A model generated the notes under the pieces. That model saw only the letters and a list, made by a program, of their open reading frames with translations, ran no database searches and was not told the origin of the DNA. The position numbers and the translations under genes were made by a program. A DNA stretch of 52,175 nucleotides from a virus (Duplodnaviria; Caudoviricetes). Shown here one piece after another: positions 1 to 8,369 of this stretch. The DNA lies in IMG/VR virus record IMGVR_UViG_3300028840_000942, positions 1 through 52,175 of that record, one strand, 5' to 3'. Every line of letters starts with the position of its first letter. The stretch's first letter is position 1.

Positions 1-144
1 CAAGGCAATCGCGGAGTAAATAAGGGTATCCCTTAACGTATCCTTAACACTCTCATCCTGTACCTTACAGCCCCCCTTCTGTAGCACGTTCTTTAAGCGG
101 TGGTACTTATCGCCTAACCGCACGACTATCCCCATTACCCCGAA
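1..144. repeat. Terminal direct repeat, copy 1 (identical to 52032-52175); most likely circular-assembly overlap
   Basis: caaggcaatc...ttaccccgaa is identical at both ends; a - strand ORF reads through the junction intact. Confidence 0.95.
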
Positions 145-264
145 ATCGCGGAAATTCTCTAAAGCATCCTCAACGTGGGCGTAATCATGGTTCTTATTCT
201 TGGCTAAATCAATGCACTCCAGAAATACCTTGCCTAACCTGTCTATAAAGTCATCATGTTTCAT
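1..264 (-). CDS. Nucleotide modification associated domain 1 (DUF1599/Nmad1) protein, 5' part; ends at TAG 52004-52002 across the junction
   Basis: Manual translation MKHDDFIDRLGKVFLECIDLAKNKNHDYAHVEDALENFRDFGVMGIVVRLGDKYHRLKN...QDESVKDTLRDTLIYSAIAL; KNHDY, VRLxDKxxRL and DESVxDTLxD motifs; missing from the ORF track because it spans the junction. Confidence 0.8.
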   Translation of the reverse strand, partial: MKHDDFIDRLGKVFLECIDLAKNKNHDYAHVEDALENFRDFGVMGIVVRLGDKYHRLKNVLQKGGCKVQDESVKDTLRDTLIYSAIAL

Positions 265-507
265 TTGTATAGTCCTCCTGTCTGATAGACACCCATGCAA
301 TAATCCACCAACCTAGAAATAATATCGTTGTCTTTCTGCGGGCAATCTTCCATATGCGTAAAATCATCCGTACTGCAATGTGGGCATACGGTAAAGTTAC
401 CCTTATCCCAATCAAACATTATCTTCAGTATATGTGCCTCGATTGTTTTTCTTAGCGGTTGTCCTTTTTGCGGGTAAATAATGTCTATAAAGTCATCATG
501 TTTCATT
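240..507. repeat. 26-bp direct repeat (240-265 and 482-507) covering the first codons of two adjacent genes
   Basis: tgtctataaagtcatcatgtttcatt occurs twice; both ORFs begin MKHDDFID. Confidence 0.9.
261..506 (-). CDS. Hypothetical protein with CxxC..H..C motif
   Basis: ORF track 261..518; likely start ATG at 506 (MKHDDFID); stop overlaps the next start. Confidence 0.65.
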   Translation of the reverse strand: MKHDDFIDIIYPQKGQPLRKTIEAHILKIMFDWDKGNFTVCPHCSTDDFTHMEDCPQKDNDIISRLVDYCMGVYQTGGLYK

Positions 508-666
508 ATTGCCCCCATACCAAATAAGTAAAGCCACGATAGTCAGTAAAAAAGACAACGCCAAGCGCTCAAAACTCTCAAACGTGGCAAACCATCGGAA
601 GTAGGACAAGGCAAATGTTATGCCCGCCATACCAAATCGTATAAATCCTGCTATTATGTATATCAT
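496..666 (-). CDS. Small two-TM membrane protein (56 aa)
   Basis: Manual translation MIYIIAGFIRFGMAGITFALSYFRWFATFESFERLALSFLLTIVALLIWYGGNNET; GGGGGAG RBS; fills the gap between neighbours. Confidence 0.6.
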   Translation of the reverse strand: MIYIIAGFIRFGMAGITFALSYFRWFATFESFERLALSFLLTIVALLIWYGGNNET

Positions 667-1091
667 TCTCCCCCCTTCCTTAGAAACCCATTAGCGTTCT
701 TCTTTGCCCCGTTTAAATCCTCATCATAGTCCTCCAGGTCTTCCACGTTATAAAAGATAGGTTTGCCGAGTCGCTTCGCTTCCGCAATCTCCGCCTTCGT
801 GCCCTCTGATTTACGATATTTAGGCACTACTAATACGGCATCACATTTCCTTAACCATGCCATTGAATATGCATACACAGCCGATTTCGTTAGGGTTTTA
901 CCCCGTTTACGGTATGCTCGATAAAGGGAGTAATCAAAATGTGGGCAATATGGAATGTACCCCATGTCTAATAACTCTGCTGCTTTATCAACGCCAATAT
1001 CTATGTTCTCCCAATAATCGGATACAGGGTCACGATTCGCATATGGTGTAATCGCTCCCGCTACATACAAAAATTTGATTTCACTCACCAT
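663..1091 (-). CDS. DUF4406 / nucleoside 2-deoxyribosyltransferase-like protein
   Basis: YVAGAIT...PYCPH...WLRKCDAVLV...SEGTKAEIAEAKRLGKPIFY motif pattern. Confidence 0.8.
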   Translation of the reverse strand: MVSEIKFLYVAGAITPYANRDPVSDYWENIDIGVDKAAELLDMGYIPYCPHFDYSLYRAYRKRGKTLTKSAVYAYSMAWLRKCDAVLVVPKYRKSEGTKAEIAEAKRLGKPIFYNVEDLEDYDEDLNGAKKNANGFLRKGGE

Positions 1092-1348
1092 ACATCTCCA
1101 TTCGTATCTTTTTTCTTACGCTCATAGGGGCGGTACACATCTTCCATGAAGGATTCCCGTGCCGCATCCATAGCCTTGAGTACATCCGCATAAGTGTCCC
1201 AACGCCCCTCATGGCATAGGAGATACCGCTTCCCCAACTGGGTAATCAAATAGGAGAGATCCGCAGCATCCCTAATCCTGTAATAACCCATCTCTTCCAC
1301 CAGTAACTGATACCTGACTCTTCGCCCTTCATCTGTATATGGCATCAA
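1085..1348 (-). CDS. DUF6899-like phage protein
   Basis: MPY...DLSYLIT.L...Y...PYE..K...NGDV signature. Confidence 0.7.
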   Translation of the reverse strand: MMPYTDEGRRVRYQLLVEEMGYYRIRDAADLSYLITQLGKRYLLCHEGRWDTYADVLKAMDAARESFMEDVYRPYERKKKDTNGDVW

Positions 1349-2133
1349 TGCCTCCCATTACTTGTAATTACCTGATAGATTTGTTCCCGGTTATCCCGCC
1401 GCCCGCTGGTTGCCCCACGAAATGTTACCTTTATCATCTCAGCCGTAGCGGGTGTCTTCGCCCTCTCCTCCGCATAGCTGTTGTCATACTCCAATGCCGA
1501 GCCGATACAATAATCATAACCAACGTGCTTGATTATTTGCCCCCGACCCGGACTGTACCAAGTCGTTGGCATCCTTGAGGTTGTATGAAAATGACCGCTA
1601 AACGTAGCATCAGCCGTGGGAACAATCTCCCTTAATTTTGCTGACCGATTTATCTTTGCCCCCTTCGTGTACCCGCCACCGGCATTATGATGATGGTAAC
1701 AGGTAAACGACTGAGGTGACTTAGCTTCCATTAGCTGGTACGTGGCGAGGCAAGAGTAACCCAAGAAAGGAATGCCTAATTGGACGCTGATATACTGTTC
1801 TGGAAGTAACCCCACAACCCTCATCGTACGGTACTCATGGTTCCCCGACAGAAGGAACAACCCCTTATGCCTAATTGGGTTAAGCAACTCTACTATGTAA
1901 TCCATCTGTTCCTTCGGTGGCATCTCCTGTTTGTACACATCCGATTTTGAGCCTACTATGGCATTCTCCATTAAGTCCCCATGCCCCGCCCAGTACGCTG
2001 TGTTACTAGATTTTATTTCGTCAATGACCTCCTTAATGAATTTTATGTTGCATTGTTGAGAACCTACGTGCCAGTCCCCAAGGGGGTAGAACGTAAATGC
2101 CCTCAAATCAAACTGCTTACGAAAGAACTCCAT
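1345..2133 (-). CDS. Calcineurin-like metallophosphoesterase
   Basis: GDWH, GDLME, GNHE, HH and GHFH metal-binding motifs. Confidence 0.9.
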   Translation of the reverse strand: MEFFRKQFDLRAFTFYPLGDWHVGSQQCNIKFIKEVIDEIKSSNTAYWAGHGDLMENAIVGSKSDVYKQEMPPKEQMDYIVELLNPIRHKGLFLLSGNHEYRTMRVVGLLPEQYISVQLGIPFLGYSCLATYQLMEAKSPQSFTCYHHHNAGGGYTKGAKINRSAKLREIVPTADATFSGHFHTTSRMPTTWYSPGRGQIIKHVGYDYCIGSALEYDNSYAEERAKTPATAEMIKVTFRGATSGRRDNREQIYQVITSNGRH

Positions 2134-2538
2134 CTATTTCTCCTCCAATACCTGACACACAGCCTTGGCTATCGCTTCGTGGTGGGTTTCGGCTTTTGTT
2201 TCAATTAAATGCTTCCACATTTCTTTAGGTTGTTCCTTTTTTTCATAAAAGTTATCATGGAATATTGACATTTCTAATTGAGTTTCATCATATCGCCTAC
2301 CGAATTGTATGGCGTTCCAACCCCTCTCCTGAAGCCACGACAGGCAACGTGAGAAAGTGAGGATGAGGAATTCTCTAGTGGGGAAAATCGTTGCTTGCTT
2401 TGCCGTTAATAGATAGGTATTCATTTCATCGGTTTCTAAGCATACATAATCCCCCTCTTCCACATCCTGCGGAAAGCCCAACTCCTTCGCTTTCTTCGAT
2501 AAGGCTATGAGTTTTTCAGTTATTTCACTTCTTCTCAT
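2134..2538 (-). CDS. Hypothetical protein
   Basis: 134-aa ORF abutting its neighbours, GAGGG RBS. Confidence 0.7.
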   Translation of the reverse strand: MRRSEITEKLIALSKKAKELGFPQDVEEGDYVCLETDEMNTYLLTAKQATIFPTREFLILTFSRCLSWLQERGWNAIQFGRRYDETQLEMSIFHDNFYEKKEQPKEMWKHLIETKAETHHEAIAKAVCQVLEEK

Positions 2539-2718
2539 CCCTGCCCTCCTTACTATGCTTTGCCTCGTTCTCAGCCAATTCTTTCTCTAATTCTTCCAAG
2601 GTCTTATCAGGCTTTACCCGCAAATCTGCCCGCAGTAACTCGATAACCTTATCTTCCATTTAATCCAGTGATAATCCAGTACGTGCCATCGTCCACCTTC
2701 TTTACAAAACAAGTAAAT

Positions 2719-2988
2719 TCACTCATCCCTTATTCCTCCCGAACCTTTTTTCTTCTCAATCTTTTTCAACGCCTTCCTGACGGTTTTTTCTATGAACTCT
2801 AAGACAGAACCGTCATTTCTATATCCTTCCTCCCACGTGCCACCATAAGATTTGCTTTTCCAGAACCCACCTTTCTTACAGATACAATCTGTAGGATGGT
2901 CATAGCCAATAGAATCAAAAACTTCTTCCTGTAATTTACATAACCGTTCAAGAACATCTTGCCTGTCCAATGGTTTACCCGTCTTCAT
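2719..2988 (-). CDS. Hypothetical protein
   Basis: 89-aa ORF with GGAGG RBS. Confidence 0.7.
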   Translation of the reverse strand: MKTGKPLDRQDVLERLCKLQEEVFDSIGYDHPTDCICKKGGFWKSKSYGGTWEEGYRNDGSVLEFIEKTVRKALKKIEKKKGSGGIRDE

Positions 2989-2991
2989 CTC

Positions 2992-3978
2992 TTACCTCCA
3001 ACTTTTCGTCTTTATCCCCGCATCCTCTATGTCTGATGGGTGATACCATTGCCCCACCCCGCTTTTGTCGGGGATAAACTCAAATCCTCGGACAAGTTTA
3101 AATTCGTATTTCTTCCCTACTGGCGACCCCTTCTCCTCAAAGAAACTCTTAGCCTTCTTAATACGAGCCACCCCAGAGTCAATAGTAATATAGAGATTGG
3201 TGTATATCTCACTCTTCTCTTTACCTAAACCATACTCCGCCCCCCTGTTCTTTTGTATCGCTATAACAGCAATGCCCGTTGTCAGCTTGTCTTTCACCGC
3301 CTTCATCTTCTCGGCTATCATCCACGGCTTCTCTCCGTCGTGCATGAAATCACAAAGGTTGAGGGCAGTGGGACGTACATAATCTTCAAAAGGTCCATAT
3401 ACCTCCAATGCCTTGCCCCCTAAATATTTCTGCCATGTATCCAACGCAATCCCTGAGTTTTTCATCCTATCTTTTAGCCTTGTGGCGCTCATATCGCCAT
3501 GCGATAAGTACCACACATCATGTTCTTCCATGTTCATCGCTGCAAATGCCAACATAAATCCTGACTTCCCGTGTGAACTGACCCCCGCCACACCGATAAG
3601 GTCTTTCTCATATATCTTGACCCCCAAATCATCATGTATCCCCATAGGTATCTGAATAGGGAGTGGGTCATCCGGTGCGTTAAAGAAATCCAACACCTCA
3701 AAGTTTTGAGCAACGGGGCGGTAAACACCATTGACTCCTGGCACTCGCTCCAACACACCCTTCCCACATAATCGCCCCAATTCTGCCAAGCAAGCCTTTC
3801 TGTCGTTCTTTGTAGAAAGATGTAGAAACCTATAGACATCATCACTCCTGAATCTTCCTGTCGCATTTTCGGCAAATTCCCTGGTATCCTTGGCGATAGA
3901 ACGATCTGAGGGGTCAACACCCTCGTTCTCAATGAACTCTCTAAGGTCTTGGATGCGTTCACTTGGATTCACTCTCAC
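2992..3978 (-). CDS. RecA/DnaB-like ATPase (probable replicative helicase) with N-terminal winged helix
   Basis: Walker A GVSSHGKS, Walker B LCDF, IAIQK motif; N-terminal LGRLCGKGVLERV..NGVYR resembles a winged helix. Confidence 0.7.
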   Translation of the reverse strand: MRVNPSERIQDLREFIENEGVDPSDRSIAKDTREFAENATGRFRSDDVYRFLHLSTKNDRKACLAELGRLCGKGVLERVPGVNGVYRPVAQNFEVLDFFNAPDDPLPIQIPMGIHDDLGVKIYEKDLIGVAGVSSHGKSGFMLAFAAMNMEEHDVWYLSHGDMSATRLKDRMKNSGIALDTWQKYLGGKALEVYGPFEDYVRPTALNLCDFMHDGEKPWMIAEKMKAVKDKLTTGIAVIAIQKNRGAEYGLGKEKSEIYTNLYITIDSGVARIKKAKSFFEEKGSPVGKKYEFKLVRGFEFIPDKSGVGQWYHPSDIEDAGIKTKSWR

Positions 3979-4978
3979 CGCCTACTGTAGTTGCCACCAC
4001 GTTTGTTGAGCCTGCGGTGTGTTCTTCTTCTCTATTGCACGTAACGCCCAGGTAGCCAGTATCGCTATCACTATCAGCGTTACAACAAACACAATCCGTT
4101 TCTTTCTTTCGTCCATTATTTACCCCCGATTTTGTTAGTTCGGTGACAGGGGACGCAAGGGAGTCACCCTTTTTAAGTCCTAGCACGTCACCCTGTCTGG
4201 AGGCGGTGACTAAATCCGGCATCTCCTCGTTTGGCTCCAAGGCCTCTAAGGAGTTGCATTGACCTCCCCGAACCATTCTCATCATTGGATAGATAAACTC
4301 TTTAAATAGTTTCCTCCCATACATATCAAACCAGGATATAAACCCCATACGGTGCTGGCTATCGTGGCACTCATGGCAGAGGGGTATAAACTCATCCTCT
4401 TTTGCCCCCGCTTTGGTGGTGGTAGGGTAGTGTGCTTTCTCTACAGGTACCCCGCCACAAATCGGGCACGGTAAGGATAAGGCTATCTCAGGGTAGGAGG
4501 AACCCAACTCTTTTTTGTTTTGAAAGGAGGTGAGTTTGTCAGGTTCCTCCCGTTTCATGGGCTGGAGCCCTCGGGCTTCGCGAACCTCATTAATCAAATC
4601 AGACGTACTCAGGTGCTGGGCGTTATTCTTCCAACCTTCCGGGTCACGGTCTACAACCGGACCGATGAGTTGTAGCCGTTTATGCCCGATTCTTTCAATC
4701 TCTTCGGGTTGCCACCCAAGCTGTAAAACGTACTTCTCATATAACCGGATAAAACTGTACGCTGTTGACCTCGGTATTACATCGGGGTCACCCAGGTAAT
4801 CATTAAACGATTCATAGTCTAATTGCTGATAGAGCTTACTGTCCCGCATTTCTATAAGGTACTGTGCTGCGGTGCAAATACTACGCACAATATTAGCTTT
4901 CTCTTGCTTGATACCGATGTCTAACTCAAAGGCTCTCTTAATAGCCGCATGTTCTGGTACTAATTCAATTGTTTTCAT
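3959..4978 (-). CDS. ParZ/DUF3102-like helical DNA-binding domain fused to a Zn-HNH-like domain; C-terminal third of doubtful function
   Basis: YLIEMRDSKLYQQLDYESFNDYL...IPRSTAYSFIRLY; CPICG...AH...IPLCHECHDSQH. Confidence 0.6.
   Translation of the reverse strand: MKTIELVPEHAAIKRAFELDIGIKQEKANIVRSICTAAQYLIEMRDSKLYQQLDYESFNDYLGDPDVIPRSTAYSFIRLYEKYVLQLGWQPEEIERIGHKRLQLIGPVVDRDPEGWKNNAQHLSTSDLINEVREARGLQPMKREEPDKLTSFQNKKELGSSYPEIALSLPCPICGGVPVEKAHYPTTTKAGAKEDEFIPLCHECHDSQHRMGFISWFDMYGRKLFKEFIYPMMRMVRGGQCNSLEALEPNEEMPDLVTASRQGDVLGLKKGDSLASPVTELTKSGVNNGRKKETDCVCCNADSDSDTGYLGVTCNREEEHTAGSTNVVATTVGGESESK
3982..4116 (-). CDS. 44-aa single-TM peptide nested out of frame in ORF 3959-4978
   Basis: GGGGG RBS + ATG; MDERKKRIVFVVTLIVIAILATWALRAIEKKNTPQAQQTWWQLQ; stops 3 nt before the helicase start. 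Confidence 0.55.
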   Translation of the reverse strand: MDERKKRIVFVVTLIVIAILATWALRAIEKKNTPQAQQTWWQLQ

Positions 4979-5693
4979 CTAGTGTAGTAATCCTCTTCTG
5001 TATCCACTTTTCGCATTCGTCTAGTATTTTCTCGAAAGCAGCAGACCTAGCAGACTCAGCAGCAAACCTAGCAGCAGACTCAGCAGCAGACCTAGCAGCA
5101 GACTCAGCAGCAGACCTAGCAGCAGACTCAGCAGCAAACCAAGCAGCAGACTCAGCAGCAGACCTAGCAGACTCAGCAGCAAACCTAGCAGCAGACTCAG
5201 CAGCAGACCTAGCAGACCAAACAGACCAAGCAGCAGACCTAGCAGACTCAGCAGCAGACCTAGCAGCAGACTCAGCAGCACCTTGGTTTTCTTCAGTGGG
5301 TTCCCGTAGCCACTTCTTTGCTGCCTGAATAGCCTTGCGTGGTCTATCGTCATCAGGGTATTTCTTTTCAAAATTCGCAATTACAAGTTCAGCGGCATAA
5401 ATGGCTAATGCGACGCCATCCTCTTTCTTCCAATGCCATGTCTTCACTATCTTCATCTTACGATAACATTGCTTATTATCGCCCTGGATATTTTCCCCGC
5501 GCACCTCTACCTTAGCCAAGCATTCCATTGGGACATACTGCATGGCGTCAATGACTCGTTCAGATGCGTGTAGTCCATTCTTGCACATCTCTAACTCACC
5601 TCGGCACTTGTACCACTTGCCGATTTTCCATTTCTTTTTACCATGATATGAATTTAATCCGGCACTTAAGGATTTCCATAGGTATTTAGGCAT
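4965..5693 (-). CDS. DUF7666-like phage protein with Ala/Ser-rich AAESAARS repeats
   Basis: C.NGLHAS N-terminal motif, DDRPRKAIQAA motif, low-complexity SAA tract. Confidence 0.75.
   Translation of the reverse strand: MPKYLWKSLSAGLNSYHGKKKWKIGKWYKCRGELEMCKNGLHASERVIDAMQYVPMECLAKVEVRGENIQGDNKQCYRKMKIVKTWHWKKEDGVALAIYAAELVIANFEKKYPDDDRPRKAIQAAKKWLREPTEENQGAAESAARSAAESARSAAWSVWSARSAAESAARFAAESARSAAESAAWFAAESAARSAAESAARSAAESAARFAAESARSAAFEKILDECEKWIQKRITTLDENN
5036..5280. repeat. Degenerate tandem repeat (agcagactcagc/agcagacctagc units)
   Basis: Directly visible; encodes (AAESAARS)n on the - strand. Confidence 0.95.
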
Positions 5694-5707
5694 TATTCAC
5701 CTCCTCT

Positions 5708-6511
5708 TCAACTGCTTTCATTTAACACCACTTCCTCGTAGTAGTAGCATTGCAACGTACATTCACAATTCTTGCATTGCCAGTAGTCCTTAATTTGACC
5801 GCTCTTCCTTTCTCGAATACGGAATGGTAGATTCGGTTCCACATAGGGGTGCAGTAAGTCCACATTGTTTGTTTCTATCGCTTTCTCTAAGGCGTGTTTC
5901 CTCCCTATCTTTTCACCCCATGCCAAGTGTAACTCCTCCTCAGTAAACTCTAATGTCCACGCCTTCATGTCCGTACCCTTGTATTTGCCTTTAGGATAGC
6001 CATAGTCTTTGATGGCCCATGTCGTATAACTTGGCATATTCCCGACGAGGAACCACACGATTAGGTTATACTCAAGAGTATCAACAGCATACGCCGCCCC
6101 CTCTATTTGGCTTATCCAATACGGACATTCCTTTTCTGGGTTAAACTGATATGAAGATTGGGCGGTACTCTTGATTTCCCCCCATCCCCATTTCGGGTGT
6201 TTATCATCAGGCGTAATCCATATCCCATCCTTACATACGGATTCCTGTTCAGTCGCTATCAGTCGCTCTATGCCTCGCCCTCTACCAAACTTCATAATAG
6301 TATCATCAGAAGATGGCAAGATGTCGTATCCCGCACGTTTATAGAATGGGGGAAGTGGGCATAAATGCTTATAGAGTTGCCCACCATGAGTATGTTCTTT
6401 TCTATGGTTTTGGTCATATTGTACAGATGGTATAGACTTGCGCCCTTCGACTATATCTCTCAAGTGTTGGATATAGTCCTGTGCTATTTCAGGGCGTTCG
6501 GTCATCTTCAT
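5708..6511 (-). CDS. Cas4-like PD-(D/E)XK exonuclease
   Basis: N-terminal CP, GIWITPDD, GEIKST, Q...Y motif and C-terminal CxxC...C cluster. Confidence 0.75.
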   Translation of the reverse strand: MKMTERPEIAQDYIQHLRDIVEGRKSIPSVQYDQNHRKEHTHGGQLYKHLCPLPPFYKRAGYDILPSSDDTIMKFGRGRGIERLIATEQESVCKDGIWITPDDKHPKWGWGEIKSTAQSSYQFNPEKECPYWISQIEGAAYAVDTLEYNLIVWFLVGNMPSYTTWAIKDYGYPKGKYKGTDMKAWTLEFTEEELHLAWGEKIGRKHALEKAIETNNVDLLHPYVEPNLPFRIRERKSGQIKDYWQCKNCECTLQCYYYEEVVLNESS

Positions 6512-6720
6512 TGTTCCTCCTTTTGACGCAGTCGCTCATGTTCCAGGTCTATACTAAACTCCCATAGGAATGTTCTAATGCGGGTATCCAGATTCATTAC
6601 CCGCGCCCGGTCTATGCTGCTTACCTCTCCGTGTCGCCGGTGGAATACCTGTAAATACATCATGCAGGCGTGGTCTAGGAGAGCGAACAACTTATCCTGG
6701 TAGATCTGCATCACACTCAT
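6508..6720 (-). CDS. Hypothetical protein
   Basis: Likely start ATG at 6720, coupled to the upstream stop; ORF track 6508..6780. Confidence 0.6.
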   Translation of the reverse strand: MSVMQIYQDKLFALLDHACMMYLQVFHRRHGEVSSIDRARVMNLDTRIRTFLWEFSIDLEHERLRQKEEQ

Positions 6721-7241
6721 CAGATTTCCGGGAACTCCGTCTTGAGTGTTTGTAGAATAGTGCTGAACATTACCGCCCATTGCTTGGGATCTGCTTCCTC
6801 GCCATCCGTCTTGGTCAGGGCTGTCGCATTGTTGGCGGCAATACGAAGCAACTCAATTCTGTCTCGATTTGTGTACGCTGTCGAAGTAGGGGGGGGCTTG
6901 GCATCAGGCGGTGATTCCTGTTGGATGATATGCTCTGCATAGATAAAATTGCGGTACCTCCCGCATTTGCTTGGTTCCCATTTCAAGAATACGGTATCCC
7001 CTTCTTTTAAACTGGTTACTACGTCCAGGGCATCGTCGGGGATATTGTTTTTGAACTGGCTGTACCATTCGCCATCGTCAAGTTTAAAGCTGTACTTTGT
7101 ATATTTCTCCGTTTCTGAAACCGCAACCTTGTCGATGACCCCCGTTGTTTCTTTTTCCTCACTCATGTGTTCCTCCATTGTTTGCTTTGCCTCATAACTA
7201 AACGGGGCAAAATACTTTTTAAAATCCTCATACGTACTCAC
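6720..7241 (-). CDS. Putative OB-fold ssDNA-binding/recombination protein
   Basis: Beta-rich YSFKLDDGEWYSQF...LKEGDTV pattern; adjacent to the exonuclease. Confidence 0.45.
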   Translation of the reverse strand: MSTYEDFKKYFAPFSYEAKQTMEEHMSEEKETTGVIDKVAVSETEKYTKYSFKLDDGEWYSQFKNNIPDDALDVVTSLKEGDTVFLKWEPSKCGRYRNFIYAEHIIQQESPPDAKPPPTSTAYTNRDRIELLRIAANNATALTKTDGEEADPKQWAVMFSTILQTLKTEFPEI

Positions 7242-7528
7242 CTTAACGGCAATGTTTTACCTGTCCGCAAGTTGTTGACCTTCTCATGTTCCCGGTCAAC
7301 GATAGGCTCAATTGCATCAAGGGGGTTATTGATTAACTCCTCGATGGTCATTTCGCTTATCTTGGTTGTTTGCTCGCCATTGTATGCCTCGAAACAGGCT
7401 CTGCTGCACCACCGCCCGTTATACCCTGTCCAATAGGGTTCGTGGCACTCATCGCAAACATAACCCTCAACCTTTGCGATTCTTTTCGCATTTAACTCAT
7501 CGACATTCTTGTTACTCATGTGTGACAT
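7238..7528 (-). CDS. Small Zn-finger protein (CxxC...WCSxxC)
   Basis: CDECHE...WCSRAC; AGGAGGTG RBS. Confidence 0.7.
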   Translation of the reverse strand: MSHMSNKNVDELNAKRIAKVEGYVCDECHEPYWTGYNGRWCSRACFEAYNGEQTTKISEMTIEELINNPLDAIEPIVDREHEKVNNLRTGKTLPLR

Positions 7529-7587
7529 AACACACCTCCTTTAAATTTACCCGTAATGATTAACATCATAATGCCTTCGACACTCCT

Positions 7588-7616
7588 ATAATAATCGAAA
7601 ACCGATGATATGTCAA
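7588..7616 (-). promoter_or_regulatory. Sigma70-type promoter TTGACA-17-TATTAT for the recombination/replication operon
   Basis: tgtcaa at 7611-7616 and ataata at 7588-7593 on the + strand, upstream of the 7528 start. Confidence 0.75.
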
Positions 7617-7930
7617 GCAAATTTTTTTGGAATAATAAACTTTTTTGGATCATTATTTCAGTAACGACTTGTGTTCAAGCACAGCGCGCCGAGCAAAATA
7701 CATTAAATCCTCAGCGAATAACTCAGAATCTTCTTTGCCCATCGTTCCACCTAAGATTTGTTCGCGTAATTCAGCCGAATTATCGGTTAGTTGTTCCATT
7801 AGCTGACAAGGTTTAATTGAGCTTCAATCATTTAATACTCTGCTGCAACAGCGTCCAGGGAGAGGTTCAAGTTTTGCCCGCGAATACTTTTGTTGATACA
7901 TTGTGACCTCCTGCTTTTTACTCCCGATTG

Positions 7931-8110
7931 TTAATCTTCTCCGTTTTTATACCCTTGCTTTATAGCAAGATTTCTCCATCGTTCTGCTCGTTTGTGCATA
8001 TCTTCCGACACAGGAATGGCGGTACATACATTGCCACAAGCAAAACAAATAGCTCGCCCATAAGAAACATAGTAATGACTCCAACAACAATTACTGAATA
8101 ATTCACTCAT
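7931..8110 (-). CDS. Small Cys-rich protein (SNCC...CxxC...C), 59 aa
   Basis: Manual translation; AGGAGGT RBS. Confidence 0.6.
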   Translation of the reverse strand: MSELFSNCCWSHYYVSYGRAICFACGNVCTAIPVSEDMHKRAERWRNLAIKQGYKNGED

Positions 8111-8151
8111 TGTGACCTCCTTTGCATATTCGCTTGTTTGGTTTCATTTCT

Positions 8152-8352
8152 TTACCACGTGTCCTCCACCAAGCATACTACTTCATGTTTTCTTCTGATA
8201 TAATGATGCGTTGCGTTGATTTCATGGAAGCGGTGGCATATATACTCACCATGACATACATATTCATCGTCTGAAAGGCAACCATTCTTTTTTAGCCATT
8301 CCCAAGGGTCGTCAAACCAAAATTTATTGCCAGGTCGTCTATGTAGTTTCAT
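8152..8352 (-). CDS. Hypothetical protein
   Basis: ORF track 8152..8394; probable ATG at 8352 (MKLHRRPG). Confidence 0.5.
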   Translation of the reverse strand: MKLHRRPGNKFWFDDPWEWLKKNGCLSDDEYVCHGEYICHRFHEINATHHYIRRKHEVVCLVEDTW

Positions 8353-8354
8353 TT

Positions 8355-8369
8355 GTCTAACCGCTAGAC
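8355..8369. promoter_or_regulatory. 15-bp palindrome copy 1, GTCTAACCGCTAGAC
   Basis: One of 7 copies; lies just upstream of an ATG. Confidence 0.7.

Noticed and set aside
4140-4270. Possible tRNA (ends ...CTCCA on the - strand)
   Set aside because: No T-loop GTTCRA or cloverleaf
5036-5280. Tandem repeat as a CRISPR array next to the Cas4-like gene
   Set aside because: No unique spacers; the in-frame coding repeat is typical of this protein family
4969-5380. ORFs 4969..5328 (+) and the Leu-rich 5021..5380 (-)
   Set aside because: Shadow frames of the AAESAARS tandem repeat in gene 4965-5693
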